Source: Eledone cirrhosa
Taxonomy: Eukaryota
Assembly: GCA_964016885.1 (NCBI GenBank)
Contig: OZ024740.1
Span: forward strand, 72,664,001 to 72,728,000
Length of the DNA stretch: 64,000 nt
Reading direction: 5' to 3'
Part shown: positions 13,983 through 28,027 of the stretch, piece by piece
How the letters are laid out: every line of letters begins with the position of its first letter
Numbering within the stretch: position 1 is the stretch's first letter
Made by a program: the position numbers and the translations under genes
Notes under the pieces: model-generated
What the model saw: only the letters and a program-made list of their open reading frames with translations
Databases searched by the model: none
Told to the model about the DNA's origin: nothing

Positions 13983-15690
13983 GAACAGGAACCTATCCAA
14001 CTGCATAATAGGCAGCATGGATGTGGTATCAATGTATCCATCCATTAACATTGATTTTGCTGTGGAAAAATGTGTGGAGATGATAATTGAGAGTGAGGTG
14101 GAGTTCTGCGACGTCGACACAGACGAACTGGGCCTCCTATTTAGACTTACCTACGACACTGACTACCTAGACAGCCATGACCTTAGACGTTTCTGCCCCA
14201 GTAGACCCATAAGAGGTAGACCCCCCCCCACCATAACCTCAATGGCTAAAAAGACTCCCATGGGAAGGTGGATTGGATGGACCAGAGCTATACGGACCCC
14301 CCAAAACAATGATCAGGTAAGAAAAATGGTCGCACATGCAATAGGGGCTAGTATCAAAACTACCCTAAAGGGCCACATATTCAAGTTCAACGAGAAGATC
14401 TACACCCAAAATGAGGGAGGAGCCATTGGCGTCAGCATAGCTGGTGATGTTGCCAACCTTTTTATGGTATGGTGGGAAAGGAGACTTAAAGATCTCCTTA
14501 ATGAGAGCTCCATAGACCTCGTCATGTACTCTCGTTATGTAGACGATATCAATATAGTTATAAGAACATCCTCACAAGAGAGCACTAACAAGTTTGATTT
14601 AGAACGTAGCACAATGGAAAGCATCCAGCAGATAGCTAATTCCATACACCAGAGTATAACTGTAACTATCGACTACCCTTCCAAACACCCTAACAGTAGA
14701 CTACCTGTATTAGACACGGAACTCTGGATTAACACTATAGACGAGAGAGCCCAAATTCTCCACTCACACTATGCTAAACCCATGGCCTCCAAATACCTGA
14801 TACTCAAAAACTCAGCAATGTCCAGTAGTGCTAAGTTTAATATTCTGATCGCAGATTTGGTACGAGTGATGAAGAATGTGTCCCGCATGTACGACCCAAC
14901 AGAAATGGAAAGACACATCCAACACTTCATCAACCGCATGCAGTTCTCTGGCTACAACCAAAGAGACAGAGTCAGAGTATACGAAGGAGCCATGGAGAAG
15001 TATAAGACCCTCATAGAACTGGACATAAAAGGAATTTGCCCATTATACAGGAGCAAATCATGGAATAGCTTAGATAGGGCTAGACATAAGATAGGGAAAG
15101 CCACCTCATGGTGCGACAACCAGAGATACCAGAGTGTCATGTTTGTGGACGCTACCCCTGGAGGGAAATTAGCTAACCAGTGTAGAAAGGCCCTGAGAAA
15201 GACCCACTTAAAGATTAAGGTGGTAGAAAAGCCAGGAACCACCATAAAATCCCTGATCAGCAAAACCTACCCGTTTAAGAAAACCCACTGTACTAATAGG
15301 AAATGTATCATATGTAAGGTAAACCCCCGGATAAACTGTAAATCTAGAAATGTAGTCTATAGCATAAGATGTACAGAGGGTACTTGAAGAAACATGACAA
15401 CAACATACATAGGCGAGACAGCTCGTAGCATAGGTGAAAGGATAGACCAACACTGGGGGGAACTAAAAGGACGAAAAAACGGTTCAGTACTATACGAACA
15501 TGCCAGACAACACGACGGTAACATAGACAATATAGAAATTAGAATAATATCTAAACATAGAAATGACCCAGCAGATAGGCAAATCAGAGAGGCCAGTGAA
15601 ATAGAACTTAGAAGGCCAAGGCTAAACAGAAAGAATGAATGGAATAACAACAACACCCAAACAAACAACACTGTCCTAAGAGAAGTCTAA
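13978..15690 (+). pseudogene. PLE reverse transcriptase plus C-terminal GIY-YIG endonuclease; 5'-truncated, with one in-frame TGA at 15385-15387
   Basis: RT motifs GSMDVVSMYPSI, YTQNEGGAIGVSIAGDVANLFM, RYVDD and LPVLD; Cys-rich linker HCTNRKCIIC; VVYSIRC...YIGETAR...R..QH...H...H...E...LN. The linker FVDATPGGKLA...IKVVEKPG resembles the Nematis clade (recalled, not searched). Confidence 0.93.
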
Positions 15691-15946
15691 ATAAATAAAT
15701 AGATAAATAAATAAATAAATACATACACAAGCATAATAACAACAAACACATATAAACACACACTAGTAAAGATAGAATACATTAACCAATACACAGTCAC
15801 CCAATCACGAACACACATCAAACAAAACACTATACACACACGCAAACGCATGCGCAAAGAAGACAAAATAAAATAAACAAATAAATAAATATATAAACAG
15901 ACTAAATAAAGATGGCGTAGAAAATACAATGCAACGGGAGGAAACA

Positions 15947-16000
15947 ATAGCACCACTGACGATGTTGCAGATGTGCAACGAAAGAACTTTGATAAACTAT
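15947..16000 (+). ncRNA. Minimal type-I hammerhead ribozyme motif in the PLE 3' UTR/pLTR
   Basis: CTGACGA-t-GTTGCA(gatg)TGCAAC-GAAA-GAACTTT. Stem II is perfect; stems I and III are weak. Confidence 0.55.
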
Positions 16001-16169
16001 ATATATGTATCTGTATTATTTTTGACCGTTGGTCAGTCAATGGCAACATTGAGGTCCGAATAAATTAGATTACCGATATAAAAGACACAGAAGCGAAAAG
16101 CGAAAACCAACCAAACAGTGAGTGTGTTCTGTTATTAATTCTGGCAATATTACACAAATATGACTCTCC

Positions 16170-16268
<99 letters not shown>

Positions 16269-16277
16269 GAAAGAGAG

Positions 16278-16378
16278 AGATTGACCCAGTATTTCACTGG
16301 TACCTTATATATCAATCGACACTGGAAGGATGAAAAGTAAAGCCGACGTCAGTCTCGGGGTTAGAACTCTCTCCAACA
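16278..16378 (-). mobile_element. SINE fragment (CTTTCATCCTT.GGGGTCGATAAA..AGTACCAG family)
   Basis: Reverse-complement match to the copies at 48640-48910. Confidence 0.6.
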
Positions 16379-16719
16379 CTAATAACTAACAACTCCACAC
16401 ATTTGTCACCATTTTTTCTACAGCATTTAATGAAGCCGAAACATAAATTAATGCAACGCGAATAATTTATGGGCATAAAGATAAAAATGTGCACGAAAAT
16501 TAACACCTAAAACAGATACACAGGCACACACACATTAACATATATGTATACATGCATTAATACACACGCATTCATACATATACACTCACATCCACAAAAA
16601 CACATATTCATATAAATACATACACGTCTATGTTCAGTTATAGACATAAACTCACATTTATGCACACATTCACACACATCTACAAACATTTATACATATG
16701 TACATACATTTATATACAT

Positions 16720-16752
<33 letters not shown>

Positions 16753-17189
16753 GCATATATATATACATTTATACACACACAAACATACATATATGTATAT
16801 ACATTTATACGCTCACCATTTATACACACACACACACATAATGCATATATGTACATTTGTACAGTTGTACACACATTTATACATGTAAACAAATTGGTTG
16901 ACTTAAGAAACATTAGGAAAATTCAAAATTTGAAATGAGTATGTCCTAACGCAAATCACCATAATAACTGTGAATAATCGATGAGAAAATCGGGTGAATT
17001 ATCTCCGGGGATGGAAAAATGATGTCAGAAGCACATACAGGCTTAAAATCTTAAACTCTATAAATTTGTGCGACTTCCGTCCGCCACACAGTGTGTGTGT
17101 TTGTGTGAATGTATATGTGTGTAAAAGGAAGGAAGGAAGGGGATGTTGAAAAAAGTATAGTAAAACAGCAGCTGGCGTTCCATTTGCTA

Positions 17190-17820
17190 CGCTGTCTGTG
17201 AGTGTATGTGTTTGTGTAAATGTATGTGTGTGTGTGTTTGTGTGAATGTATGTGTGTATGTGTTTGTGGAAATGTATGTGGTGTGTGTGTGTGTTTGTGT
17301 GAATGTATGTGTATGTGTTTGTGTAAATGTATGTGTGTGTGTGTTTATGTGAATGTATGTGTGTATGTGTTTGTGTAAATGTATGTGTGGGTGTGTGTGT
17401 GTTTGTGTGAATGTATGTGTGTATGTGTATGTGTTTGTGTAAATGTATGTGTGTGTGTGTTTGTGTGAATGTATGTGTGTATGTGTTTGTGTAAATGTAT
17501 GTGTGTGTGTTTGTGTGAATATATGTGTGTATGTGTTTGTGTAAATGTATGTGTGTATGTGTTTGTGTAAATGTATGCCCCAGCATGGCCTCAGCCGGAT
17601 GGCTGAAACAGGTAAAAGAGTAAAAGAGTGTGTGTTTGTGTGAATGTATGTGTGTATGTGTTTGTGTAAATGTATGTGTGTGTATGTTTGTGTGAATGTA
17701 TGTCTGTGAGTGTGTATTTTAGTAAGTGTGTTTGTGTTTGCACGTTTTTATTTATATATTCATACATATAAATATATACATAAGCACACACATATACACA
17801 CACGCACACACATATACATA
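17190..17820. repeat. Degenerate (TG)n-rich tandem repeat of about 26 bp (GTGTTTGTGTAAATGTATGTGT..) with an embedded SINE tail
   Basis: Visible periodicity. CCCCAGCATGGCCTCAGCCGGATGGCTGAAACAGGTAAAAGA at about 17578 recurs inverted at about 54005 and partly at about 60440. Confidence 0.8.
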
Positions 17821-18164
17821 TACGCGTCGGCGTGGTGAAAACAATTTTAGTCTTCTAAAAAGGGAATTTATGGCCGCCAGTTCATCAGTGAAGTGGTTAA
17901 AACACACACCACTAATCCAAGAGATTCCGGTTTCGATTTCTCACAGACACCTCTGATCACTTTTTTTTTGTCACCCAGGAGTACTTTGCCCCATTTCCTC
18001 AACTATTATTATGTACATTTTTGTTGGGACGCACACATTACAAATTTGAAATATACATACATTTGTACACACACACACACACACATATATATGTGTACGT
18101 ATAGATATACAAACGCATAATTATATTCATGTACACATTTATATTCATATACATACATACATTT

Positions 18165-18223
<59 letters not shown>

Positions 18224-18506
18224 ACGGATGATCAATTTAGAAACAAGCTTTTAGTTACTGCAAAAAATAAACACGAAATATAGCTTTTAACAGAGAGGCC
18301 CAATGTATTGTAGTAATACATAAATATATATACATATATACATATATACATATATACATATATACATACATACATACATACACATATTCATATATACATA
18401 CATACATATATAAATATATACATATATACATACATACATACATACATATATACATATATACATATATACATACATATATTCATATATACATACATACATA
18501 TATACA

Positions 18507-18857
18507 TGATGGCTGCCCCCTCGTTATCGAGTATGACCATTGCACGATATACTATTATTAATAATTATTAATTAATTCCATCGTGCAATGCCTGTGCGTG
18601 AAGATATTTTTAAAGTGAGGAAAGACTGTGCACTGAGCCAATCCCACTCTCTGAGCTACAGTAGCTATAACCCGAAAAGAAGAAAAGATCAACATCATCG
18701 GTAACTACTGAGCCGCAGGTTTTATATCGGAGTTATCCCAGTTGCCTGAGTTGCCTTCTCCTAGAAGAATGCCCTGAGAAAGGCTAGGGGTCCTTCACTC
18801 CCAGTGGTTTAACCGCGCGATCGGGTGTCCAGCCCGACTATTTCTATGTCCCCGCGC
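18507..18857 (-). mobile_element. Short non-autonomous RTE-like element (5'UTR-like part joined to an RTE-type 3' tail)
   Basis: A second copy lies at 51070-51372. The tail resembles the 3' end of the RTE fragment at 54216, and TCTAGGAGAAGGCAACTC resembles RTE 5' UTRs. Confidence 0.6.
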
Positions 18858-19075
18858 ATACACATACACATGCACCCATGCATATACACATATACATATA
18901 CACACATATGTACATGTGTGTATACATATTTACACATTTTCGGATGGCCGTTGACTCTTATGAGTTCTTCCACCCTTTGTCAGGTTTTGTTTTTTGTCCT
19001 GCAGAGTGTCCAAAATCACCCTCCTCACCAAGTAAACTTGGTGGGTTTGCCAGTTTAGTCGTATGTATGTATGTA

Positions 19076-19108
<33 letters not shown>

Positions 19109-19123
19109 TCATACATACATACA

Positions 19124-19156
<33 letters not shown>

Positions 19157-19348
19157 TCATACATACATACATACATATATACATACATACATACATATAT
19201 TCATACATACATACATACATATATACATACATACATACATACATATACATACATACACAGGTACACATGCACACACACACATCATCATCATCATCATCAT
19301 TTTACGTCCGCTTTTCCCTGCTTGCAAGGGTGGGACATACATACATAT

Positions 19349-19412
<64 letters not shown>

Positions 19413-19530
19413 ATATATATACTCATGTACACACATTTATATATATATATATATATACACATACACACACATACACAGTCACACGCACACGCGCACCCCC
19501 CCCCCCACATATATATATATATATATATAT

Positions 19531-20108
19531 ATGAAAAACAAGGGGAGAAGAATACTGCCTGGTTGCACATGGATTACATATTATAAAATTAGTCCCTCAT
19601 CAGTGATTTGCCAACCATCATTGGTATTTCATCGCATTAAAAATCAGATACCTCAGGTTGGTGCGAGCAATAACTAAAATAAGCTATTGGGTCAAGTGAA
19701 ACGCGTAAAGCGAGTGAGACAAGTAAACAACAGAAGGAAAAGCAAACCGAAGGTTGGAAAAACAGCAAGCAACATGGTAGTTATCCGATCAGCATAAACT
19801 GGGGGAATTTCATGAGCGGTCAGAGAAGCAGACCGTACGCCGTGAATGCGGTGTGAGAAAGAAGGAACCCCACTACTAGCGAACGGGGGGAAATGAGAAG
19901 CGGAGAAACAGAGAGTGAGTGAGAGGAAGTGCGAGGAAGAGGTCAGTCGAGAGAAAGTGTAACTGACAGAGAGGGCGAATGAAGGTATGAGAAACAGAGA
20001 GAACGGGGGAGCAGTAAGAGAGAAATAGAGAAACAGATAATCGCAGTTTAGGTAAATATATATGAAAAACAAGGGGAGAAGAATACTGCATGGTTGCACA
20101 TGGATTAC

Positions 20109-20112
<4 letters not shown>
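19531..20112 (-). mobile_element. Short element with about 55-bp direct terminal repeats in a (TA)n site; partial hammerhead core
   Basis: ATGAAAAACAAGGGGAGAAGAATACTGC.TGGTTGCACATGGATTACATATTATA occurs at 19531 and 20062. The minus strand has CTGATGAG at about 19597-19603 without a downstream GAAA. Confidence 0.55.
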
Positions 20113-20147
<35 letters not shown>

Positions 20148-20302
20148 CGAGAGAGATTTTGAGTTTATGTTGGTTGTATACCAACACCTAAGTATGCAGG
20201 CTGTAGCACTCGACGAAGTGCGCAGGTTGGTTTGGTTACTCCGGAGTAGTGTAAAATAAAGTTAAATAAAAGTCAAATGATTAAAATTTAGCTTCGTTTA
20301 TT

Positions 20303-20357
20303 ACTGCTATATATATTTCAGTGACAGCCATCTTTGGCTGTGACCTCTTCAGGCAGT
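20303..20357 (-). ncRNA. Type-I hammerhead ribozyme (mirror arm)
   Basis: ACTGC-CTGAAGA-GGTCACAGCCA(aaga)TGGCTGTCACT-GAAA-TATATA-TA-GCAGT; stem III ATATATAT is palindromic. Confidence 0.8.
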
Positions 20358-20956
20358 TTGAATTAGTATGTTTTCTTCATTTATTGCCTTATATTTCTTC
20401 ATATACATGGAACCCCCCCCCCCCCCCCCCACCACCACCACTACGATGGTGGCAGGAGGGATGAAGAAAAAACACAAACTGGATACTTCTAAATTGTTAG
20501 CAGCAGCAAGATATAAGCTGACCACTACACCAACAAGAGTACCAAAATAATGGTGGAGGTCAAATGTACTGAACAATAAAAGGCAAAAACACTACAGGGA
20601 GCCTCACCCCAGAAAGAATTCTATAGACTTCTGACTGAGGAATGCTCTCAGAGCTGACCAATGGGAAGATTGACACTTTTCTTGTTATTTTGTTCCTTTA
20701 ACACCTTGTCCCTTCTACCATTTTATCAATTTTTAAGCTAACTCCAACAATAACAACACTTAGAATGAGGAATGTTCTAATAACTGACCAATGAGAGGAG
20801 AAGGGGACCTTTGACACTGAAATTCGTTTGTTTGAATTCATATGACTCCAGTCCCTCAGTGATTTAACAACCAAACAAGGAACTGGGCATATCAGAGTAT
20901 TGACAAAATTATACACCTAAACAACATATGTACTTGTCTATACCATACTAATTCAA

Positions 20957-21011
20957 ACTGCCTGAAGAGGTCACAGTCAAAGATGTCTGTCACTGAAATG
21001 TATATAGCAGT
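20957..21011 (+). ncRNA. Type-I hammerhead ribozyme
   Basis: ACTGC-CTGAAGA-[stem II GGTCACAG..CTGTCACT]-GAAA-TGTATA-TA-GCAGT; stem I is ACTGC/GCAGT. Confidence 0.75.
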
Positions 21012-21055
21012 AATAAACGAAGCTAAATTTTAATCATTTGACTTTTATTTAACTT

Positions 21056-21146
<91 letters not shown>

Positions 21147-21177
21147 CAAAAGTTTTATTTAAAATTGTTGGGTTACA

Positions 21178-24100
21178 ACCACCACTTCACCATACCACCA
21201 TACCACCATACCACCATACGACCATACCACCATACCGCCATTCCACCATACCACCATACCACCATACCACCATACCGCCATTCCACCATACCGCCATACC
21301 GCCATTCCACCATACCACCATACCACCATACCACCATACCGCCATTCCACCATACCACAATTCCACCATTCCACCGTACCACCATACCACCATACCACCA
21401 TTCCACCATGCCACCACACCACCATACCACCATTCCACCATACCACCATACCACCATACAACCATACCGCCATACCGCCATACCACAATACCACCATACC
21501 ACCATACCACCATAGCACCATAGCACCATTCCACCATTCCACCATACCACCATTCCACCATAGCACCATTCCACCATTCCACCATACCACCATACCACCA
21601 TTCCACCATACCACCATACCACCACACCACCAAACCTCCATACCACCATACCACCATACCACCATTCCACCATACCACCATACCACCATACCACCATACC
21701 ACCATTCCACCATACGACAATTCCACCATACCACCATACCACCATACCACCATACCATCCATTCCACCCACCATACCACCATTCCACCATACCACCACAC
21801 CGCCATTCCACCATACCACCATACCACCATACCACCATTCCACCATGCCACCATACCACCATACCACCATACCGCCATACCGCCATACCACCATACCACC
21901 ATACCACCATTCCACCATGCCACCATACCACCATACCACCATACCACCATACCACCATACCACCATACCACCACACCACCATAGCACCATAGCACCATAT
22001 CACCATTCCACCATACGACAATTCCACCATACCACCATACCACTATACCACCATACCATCCATTCCACCCACCATACCACCATTCCACCATACCACCACA
22101 CCGCCATTCCACCATACCACCATACCACCATACCACCATTCCACCATTCCACCATACCACCATACCACCATACGACCATTCCACCATACCACCACTTCAC
22201 CATACCACCATACCACCATACCACCATACCACCATTCCACCATACCACCACTTCACCATACCACCATACCACCATTCCACCGTACCACCATACCACCCGA
22301 CCACCATAGCACCATACCACCATACCACCATACCACCATACCACCATTCCACCATACCACCATACCACCATAGCACCATTCCACCATACCACCATACCAC
22401 CATTCCACCATACCACCACTTCACCACACCACCATACCACCATACCACCATAGCACCATACCACCATAGCACCATACCACCATAAGACCATACCACCATA
22501 CCACCATACCACCATATCACCAGACCACCATACCACCATTCCACCATACCACCATACCACCATTCCACCATTCCACCATACCACCATACCACCCGACCAC
22601 CATAGCACCATACCACCATACCACCATACCGCCATTCCACCATACCGCCATACCGCCATTCCACCATACCACCATACCACCATACCACCATACCGCCATT
22701 CCACCATACCACAATTCCACCATTCCACCGTACCACCATACCACCATACCACCATTCCACCATGCCACCACACCACCATACCACCATTCCACCATACCAC
22801 CATACCACCATACAACCATACCGCCATACCGCCATACCACAATACCACCATACCACCATACCACCATACCACCACACCACCATAGCACCATAGCACCATA
22901 TCACCATTCCACCATACGACAATTCCACCATACCACCATACCACTATACCACCATACCATCCATTCCACCCACCATACCACCATTCCACCATACCACCAC
23001 ACCGCCATTCCACCATACCACCATACCACCATACCACCATTCCACCATTCCACCATACCACCATACCACCATACCACCATTCCACCATACCACCACTTCA
23101 CCATACCACCATACCACCATTCCACCGTACCACCATACCACCCGACCACCATAGCACCATACCACCATACCACCATACCACCATACCACCATTCCACCAT
23201 ACCACCATACCACCATAGCACCATTCCACCATACCACCATACCACCATTCCACCATACCACCACTTCACCACACCACCATACCACCATACCACCATAGCA
23301 CCATACCACCATAGCACCATACCACCATAAGACCATACCACCATACCACCATACCACCATATCACCAGACCACCATACCACCATTCCACCATACCACCAT
23401 ACCACCATTCCACCATTCCACCATACCACCATACCACCATTCCACCATTCCACCATACCACCACTTCACCATACCACCATACCACCATACCACCATACCA
23501 CCATACCACCAATCCACCATACCACCATACCACCATACCACCAGTCCACCATACCACCATACCACCATACCACCATTCCACCATTCCACCATAGCAACAT
23601 ACCACCATACCGCCATTCCACCATACCACCATACCACCATTCCACCATACCACCATACCACCATTCCACCATACCACCATACCACCATAGCACCATACCA
23701 CCATAGCACCATTCCACCATACCACCATACCACCATAGCACCATACCACCATACCATCATTCCACCATACCACCATACCACCATACCACCATACCATCAT
23801 ACCACCATACCACCATTCCACCATACCACCATACCACCATACCACCATTCCACCATTCCACCATACCACCATACCACCATACCACCATTCCACCATACCA
23901 CCACTTCACCACACCACCATACCACCATAGCACCATACCACCATACCACCATTCCACCATACCACCATAGCACCATACCACCATACCACCATACCACCAT
24001 ACCACCATTCCACCATACCACCATACCACCATACCGCCATTCCACCATACCACCATACCGCCATACCGCCATTCCACCATACCACCATACCACCATACCA

Positions 24101-27100
24101 CCATTCCACCATACCACCATACCACCATACGACCATTCCACCATACCACCATTCCACCATACCAACATACGACCATTCCACCATACCACCACTTCACCAT
24201 ACCACCATACCACCATACCACCATACCACCATTCCACCATACCACCATACCACCCGACCGCCATAGCACCATAGCACCATTCCACCATACCACCATACCA
24301 CCATTCCACCATACCACCACTTCACCACACCACCATACCACCATACCACCATACCACCATAGCACCATAGCACCATACCACCATACCACCATAGCACCAT
24401 AGCACCATACCACCATACCGCCATTCCACCATACCACCATACCACCATACCACCATATCACCAGACCACCATACCACCATACCGCCATACCACCATACCG
24501 CCATTCCACCATACCACCATACCAACATACCACCGTAACACCATACCACCATACCACCATACCACCATTCCACCATACCACCATAGCAACATACCACCAT
24601 ACCGCCATTCCACCATTGCACCATACCACCATACCACCATAGCACCATACCACCATAGCACCATTCCACCATACCACCATACCACCATAGCACCATACCA
24701 CCATACCATCATTCCACCATACCACCATACCACCGTAACACCATACCACCATACCACCATACCATCATACCACCATACCACCATACCACCATTCCACCAT
24801 ACCACCATACCACCATACCACCATACCACCATTCCACCATACCACCATACCACAATACCACCCGACCACCATACCACCATAGCACCATAGCACCATACCA
24901 CCATTCCACCATACCACCATACCACCATTCCACCATACCACCACTTCACCACACCACCATACCACCATAGCACCATACCACCATACCACCATTCCACCAT
25001 ACCACCATACCACCATAGCACCATACCACCATACCACCATACCACCATTCCACCATTCCACCATACCACCATACCACCATACGACCATTCCACCATACCA
25101 CCACTTCACCATACCACCATACCACCATACCACCATACCACCATACCACCATTCCACCATACCACCACTTCACCATACCACCATACCACCATTCCACCGT
25201 ACCACCATACCACCCGACCACCATAGCACCATACCACCATACCACCATACCACCATACCACCATTCCACCATACCACCATACCACCATAGCACCATTCCA
25301 CCATACCACCATACCACCATTCCACCATACCACCACTTCACCACACCACCATACCACCATACCACCATAGCACCATACCACCATAGCACCATACCACCAT
25401 AAGACCATACCACCATACCACCATACCACCATATCACCAGACCACCATACCACCATTCCACCATACCACCATACCACCATTCCACCATTCCACCATACCA
25501 CCATACCACCATTCCACCATTCCACCATACCACCACTTCACCATACCACCATACCACCATACCACCATACCACCAATCCACCATACCACCATACCACCAT
25601 ACCACCAGTCCACCATACCACCATACCACCATACCACCATTCCACCATTCCACCATAGCAACATACCACCATACCGCCATTCCACCATACCACCATACCA
25701 CCATTCCACCATACCACCATACCACCATTCCACCATACCACCATACCACCATAGCACCATACCACCATAGCACCATTCCACCATACCACCATACCACCAT
25801 AGCACCATACCACCATACCATCATTCCACCATACCACCATACCACCATACCACCATACCATCATACCACCATACCACCATTCCACCATACCACCATACCA
25901 CCATACCACCATTCCACCATTCCACCATACCACCATACCACCATACCACCATTCCACCATACCACCACTTCACCACACCACCATACCACCATAGCACCAT
26001 ACCACCATACCACCATTCCACCATACCACCATAGCACCATACCACCATACCACCATACCACCATACCACCATTCCACCATACCACCATACCACCATACCG
26101 CCATTCCACCATACCACCATACCGCCATACCGCCATTCCACCATACCACCATACCACCATACCACCATTCCACCATACCACCATACCACCATACGACCAT
26201 TCCACCATACCACCATTCCACCATACCACCATACGACCATTCCACCATACCACCACTTCACCATACCACCATACCACCATACCACCATACCACCATTCCA
26301 CCATACCACCATACCACCATACCACCCGACCGCCATAGCACCATAGCACCATTCCACCATACCACCATACCACCATTCCACCATACCACCACTTCACCAC
26401 ACCACCATACCACCATACCACCATACCACCATAGCACCATAGCACCATACCACCATACCACCATAGCACCATAGCACCATACCACCATACCGCCATTCCA
26501 CCATACCACCATACCACCATACCACCATATCACCAGACCACCATACCACCATACCGCCATACCACCATACCGCCATTCCACCATACCACCATACCAACAT
26601 ACCACCGTAACACCATACCACCATACCACCATACCACCATTCCACCATACCACCATAGCAACATACCACCATACCGCCATTCCACCATTGCACCATACCA
26701 CCATACCACCATAGCACCATACCACCATAGCACCATTCCACCATACCACCATACCACCATAGCACCATACCACCATACCATCATTCCACCATACCACCAT
26801 ACCACCGTAACACCATACCACCATACCACCATACCATCATACCACCATACCACCATACCACCATTCCACCATACCACCATACCACCATACCACCATACCA
26901 CCATTCCACCATACCACCATACCACAATACCACCCGACCACCATACCACCATAGCACCATAGCACCATACCACCATTCCACCATACCACCATACCACCAT
27001 TCCACCATACCACCACTTCACCACACCACCATACCACCATAGCACCATACCACCATACCACCATTCCACCATACCACCATACCACCATAGCACCATACCA

Positions 27101-27565
27101 CCATACCACCATACCACCATTCCACCATACCACCATACCACCATACCGCCATTCCACCATACCACCATACCGCCATACCGCCATTCCACCATACCACCAT
27201 ACCACCATACCACCATATCACCATACCACCATACCACCATTCCACCATACCACCATACCGCCATACCGCCATACCGCCATTCCACCATACCACCATACCA
27301 CCATTCCACCATTCCACCATACCACCATACCACCATACCACCATTCCACCATTCCACCACACCACCACTTCACCATACCACCATACCACCATACCACCAT
27401 ACCACCAATCCACCATACCACCATACTACCATACCACCATAGCACCATACCACCATACCACCATACCACCATTCCACCATACCACCATACTACCATACCA
27501 CCATACCACCATACCACCATTCCACTATACCACCACTTCACCATTCCACCATACCACCACACCAC
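21178..27565. repeat. 8-bp satellite (ACCATACC)n with variants and a higher-order duplication of about 2.07 kb
   Basis: Direct reading; rare variants recur at an offset of about 2064-2072. Confidence 0.97.
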
Positions 27566-27944
27566 TATACCAGCACACCATCACTCCACCACACCACTAC
27601 ACCACACTACATCGCTTCACTCCACTCCACCACCATTCCACCAGTCCGCCACACCACCACACCACCACTACATCGCACCACCACTACATCGCTCTACCAC
27701 CACCCCACCACTACACCATACCAGCACACCAGCACACAACCACTACATCACTCTATCACTCAACCACCACACCACTCCACCACTCCACCGCCCCTCCACT
27801 TCACCACTTCACCATACCACCATTACATCGCTTCACCACCACTCCACCACTACATAGCTCCACCACCATTCCACCACATCTTCACTCCACCACTCTCCCA
27901 CTCCACTACCGTCGACACAGCCACCATCGCCGCCACCGCCACCA

Positions 27945-28027
27945 AACATTATTCCAAGAACTGTGTTAGAGTGGAAACCCGCCGGACACTCACGCAGAGT
28001 GAAAGTGGCCCAGATACACTTGGCTGC
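27945..28027 (+). mobile_element. Possible decayed RTE-clade LINE C-terminal fragment
   Basis: Translates as IPRTVLEWKPAGHSRR, then shifts frame to PRYTWL, resembling the RTE 'vLxWxPxGxRxrGRPrxtW' motif. Confidence 0.4.

Larger units (their letters stand above)
12578..16172. mobile_element. Penelope-like retroelement (Nematis-like), 5'-truncated, with inverted duplication of its 3' 1.4 kb
   Basis: 12578-13982 is the reverse complement of 14765-16172, with about a dozen substitutions and one 3-bp indel. It carries an RT plus GIY-YIG ORF, and both outer ends lie at or near (TA)n. Confidence 0.95.
20252..21062. mobile_element. Non-coding element with 119-bp inverted terminal arms, each containing a type-I hammerhead
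   Basis: 20252-20370 is the near-exact reverse complement of 20944-21062; the right end abuts (TA)n. Confidence 0.85.

Noticed and set aside
12578-16172. DNA transposon with long TIRs or bacterial group II intron/retron
   Set aside because: The inverted arms are coding 3' portions of the same RT-GIY-YIG ORF, which is diagnostic of a PLE.
16507-19677. Many YI/HT/CV-repeat ORFs (also at 52-56 kb and 61-62 kb)
   Set aside because: Translations of di- and tetranucleotide microsatellites.
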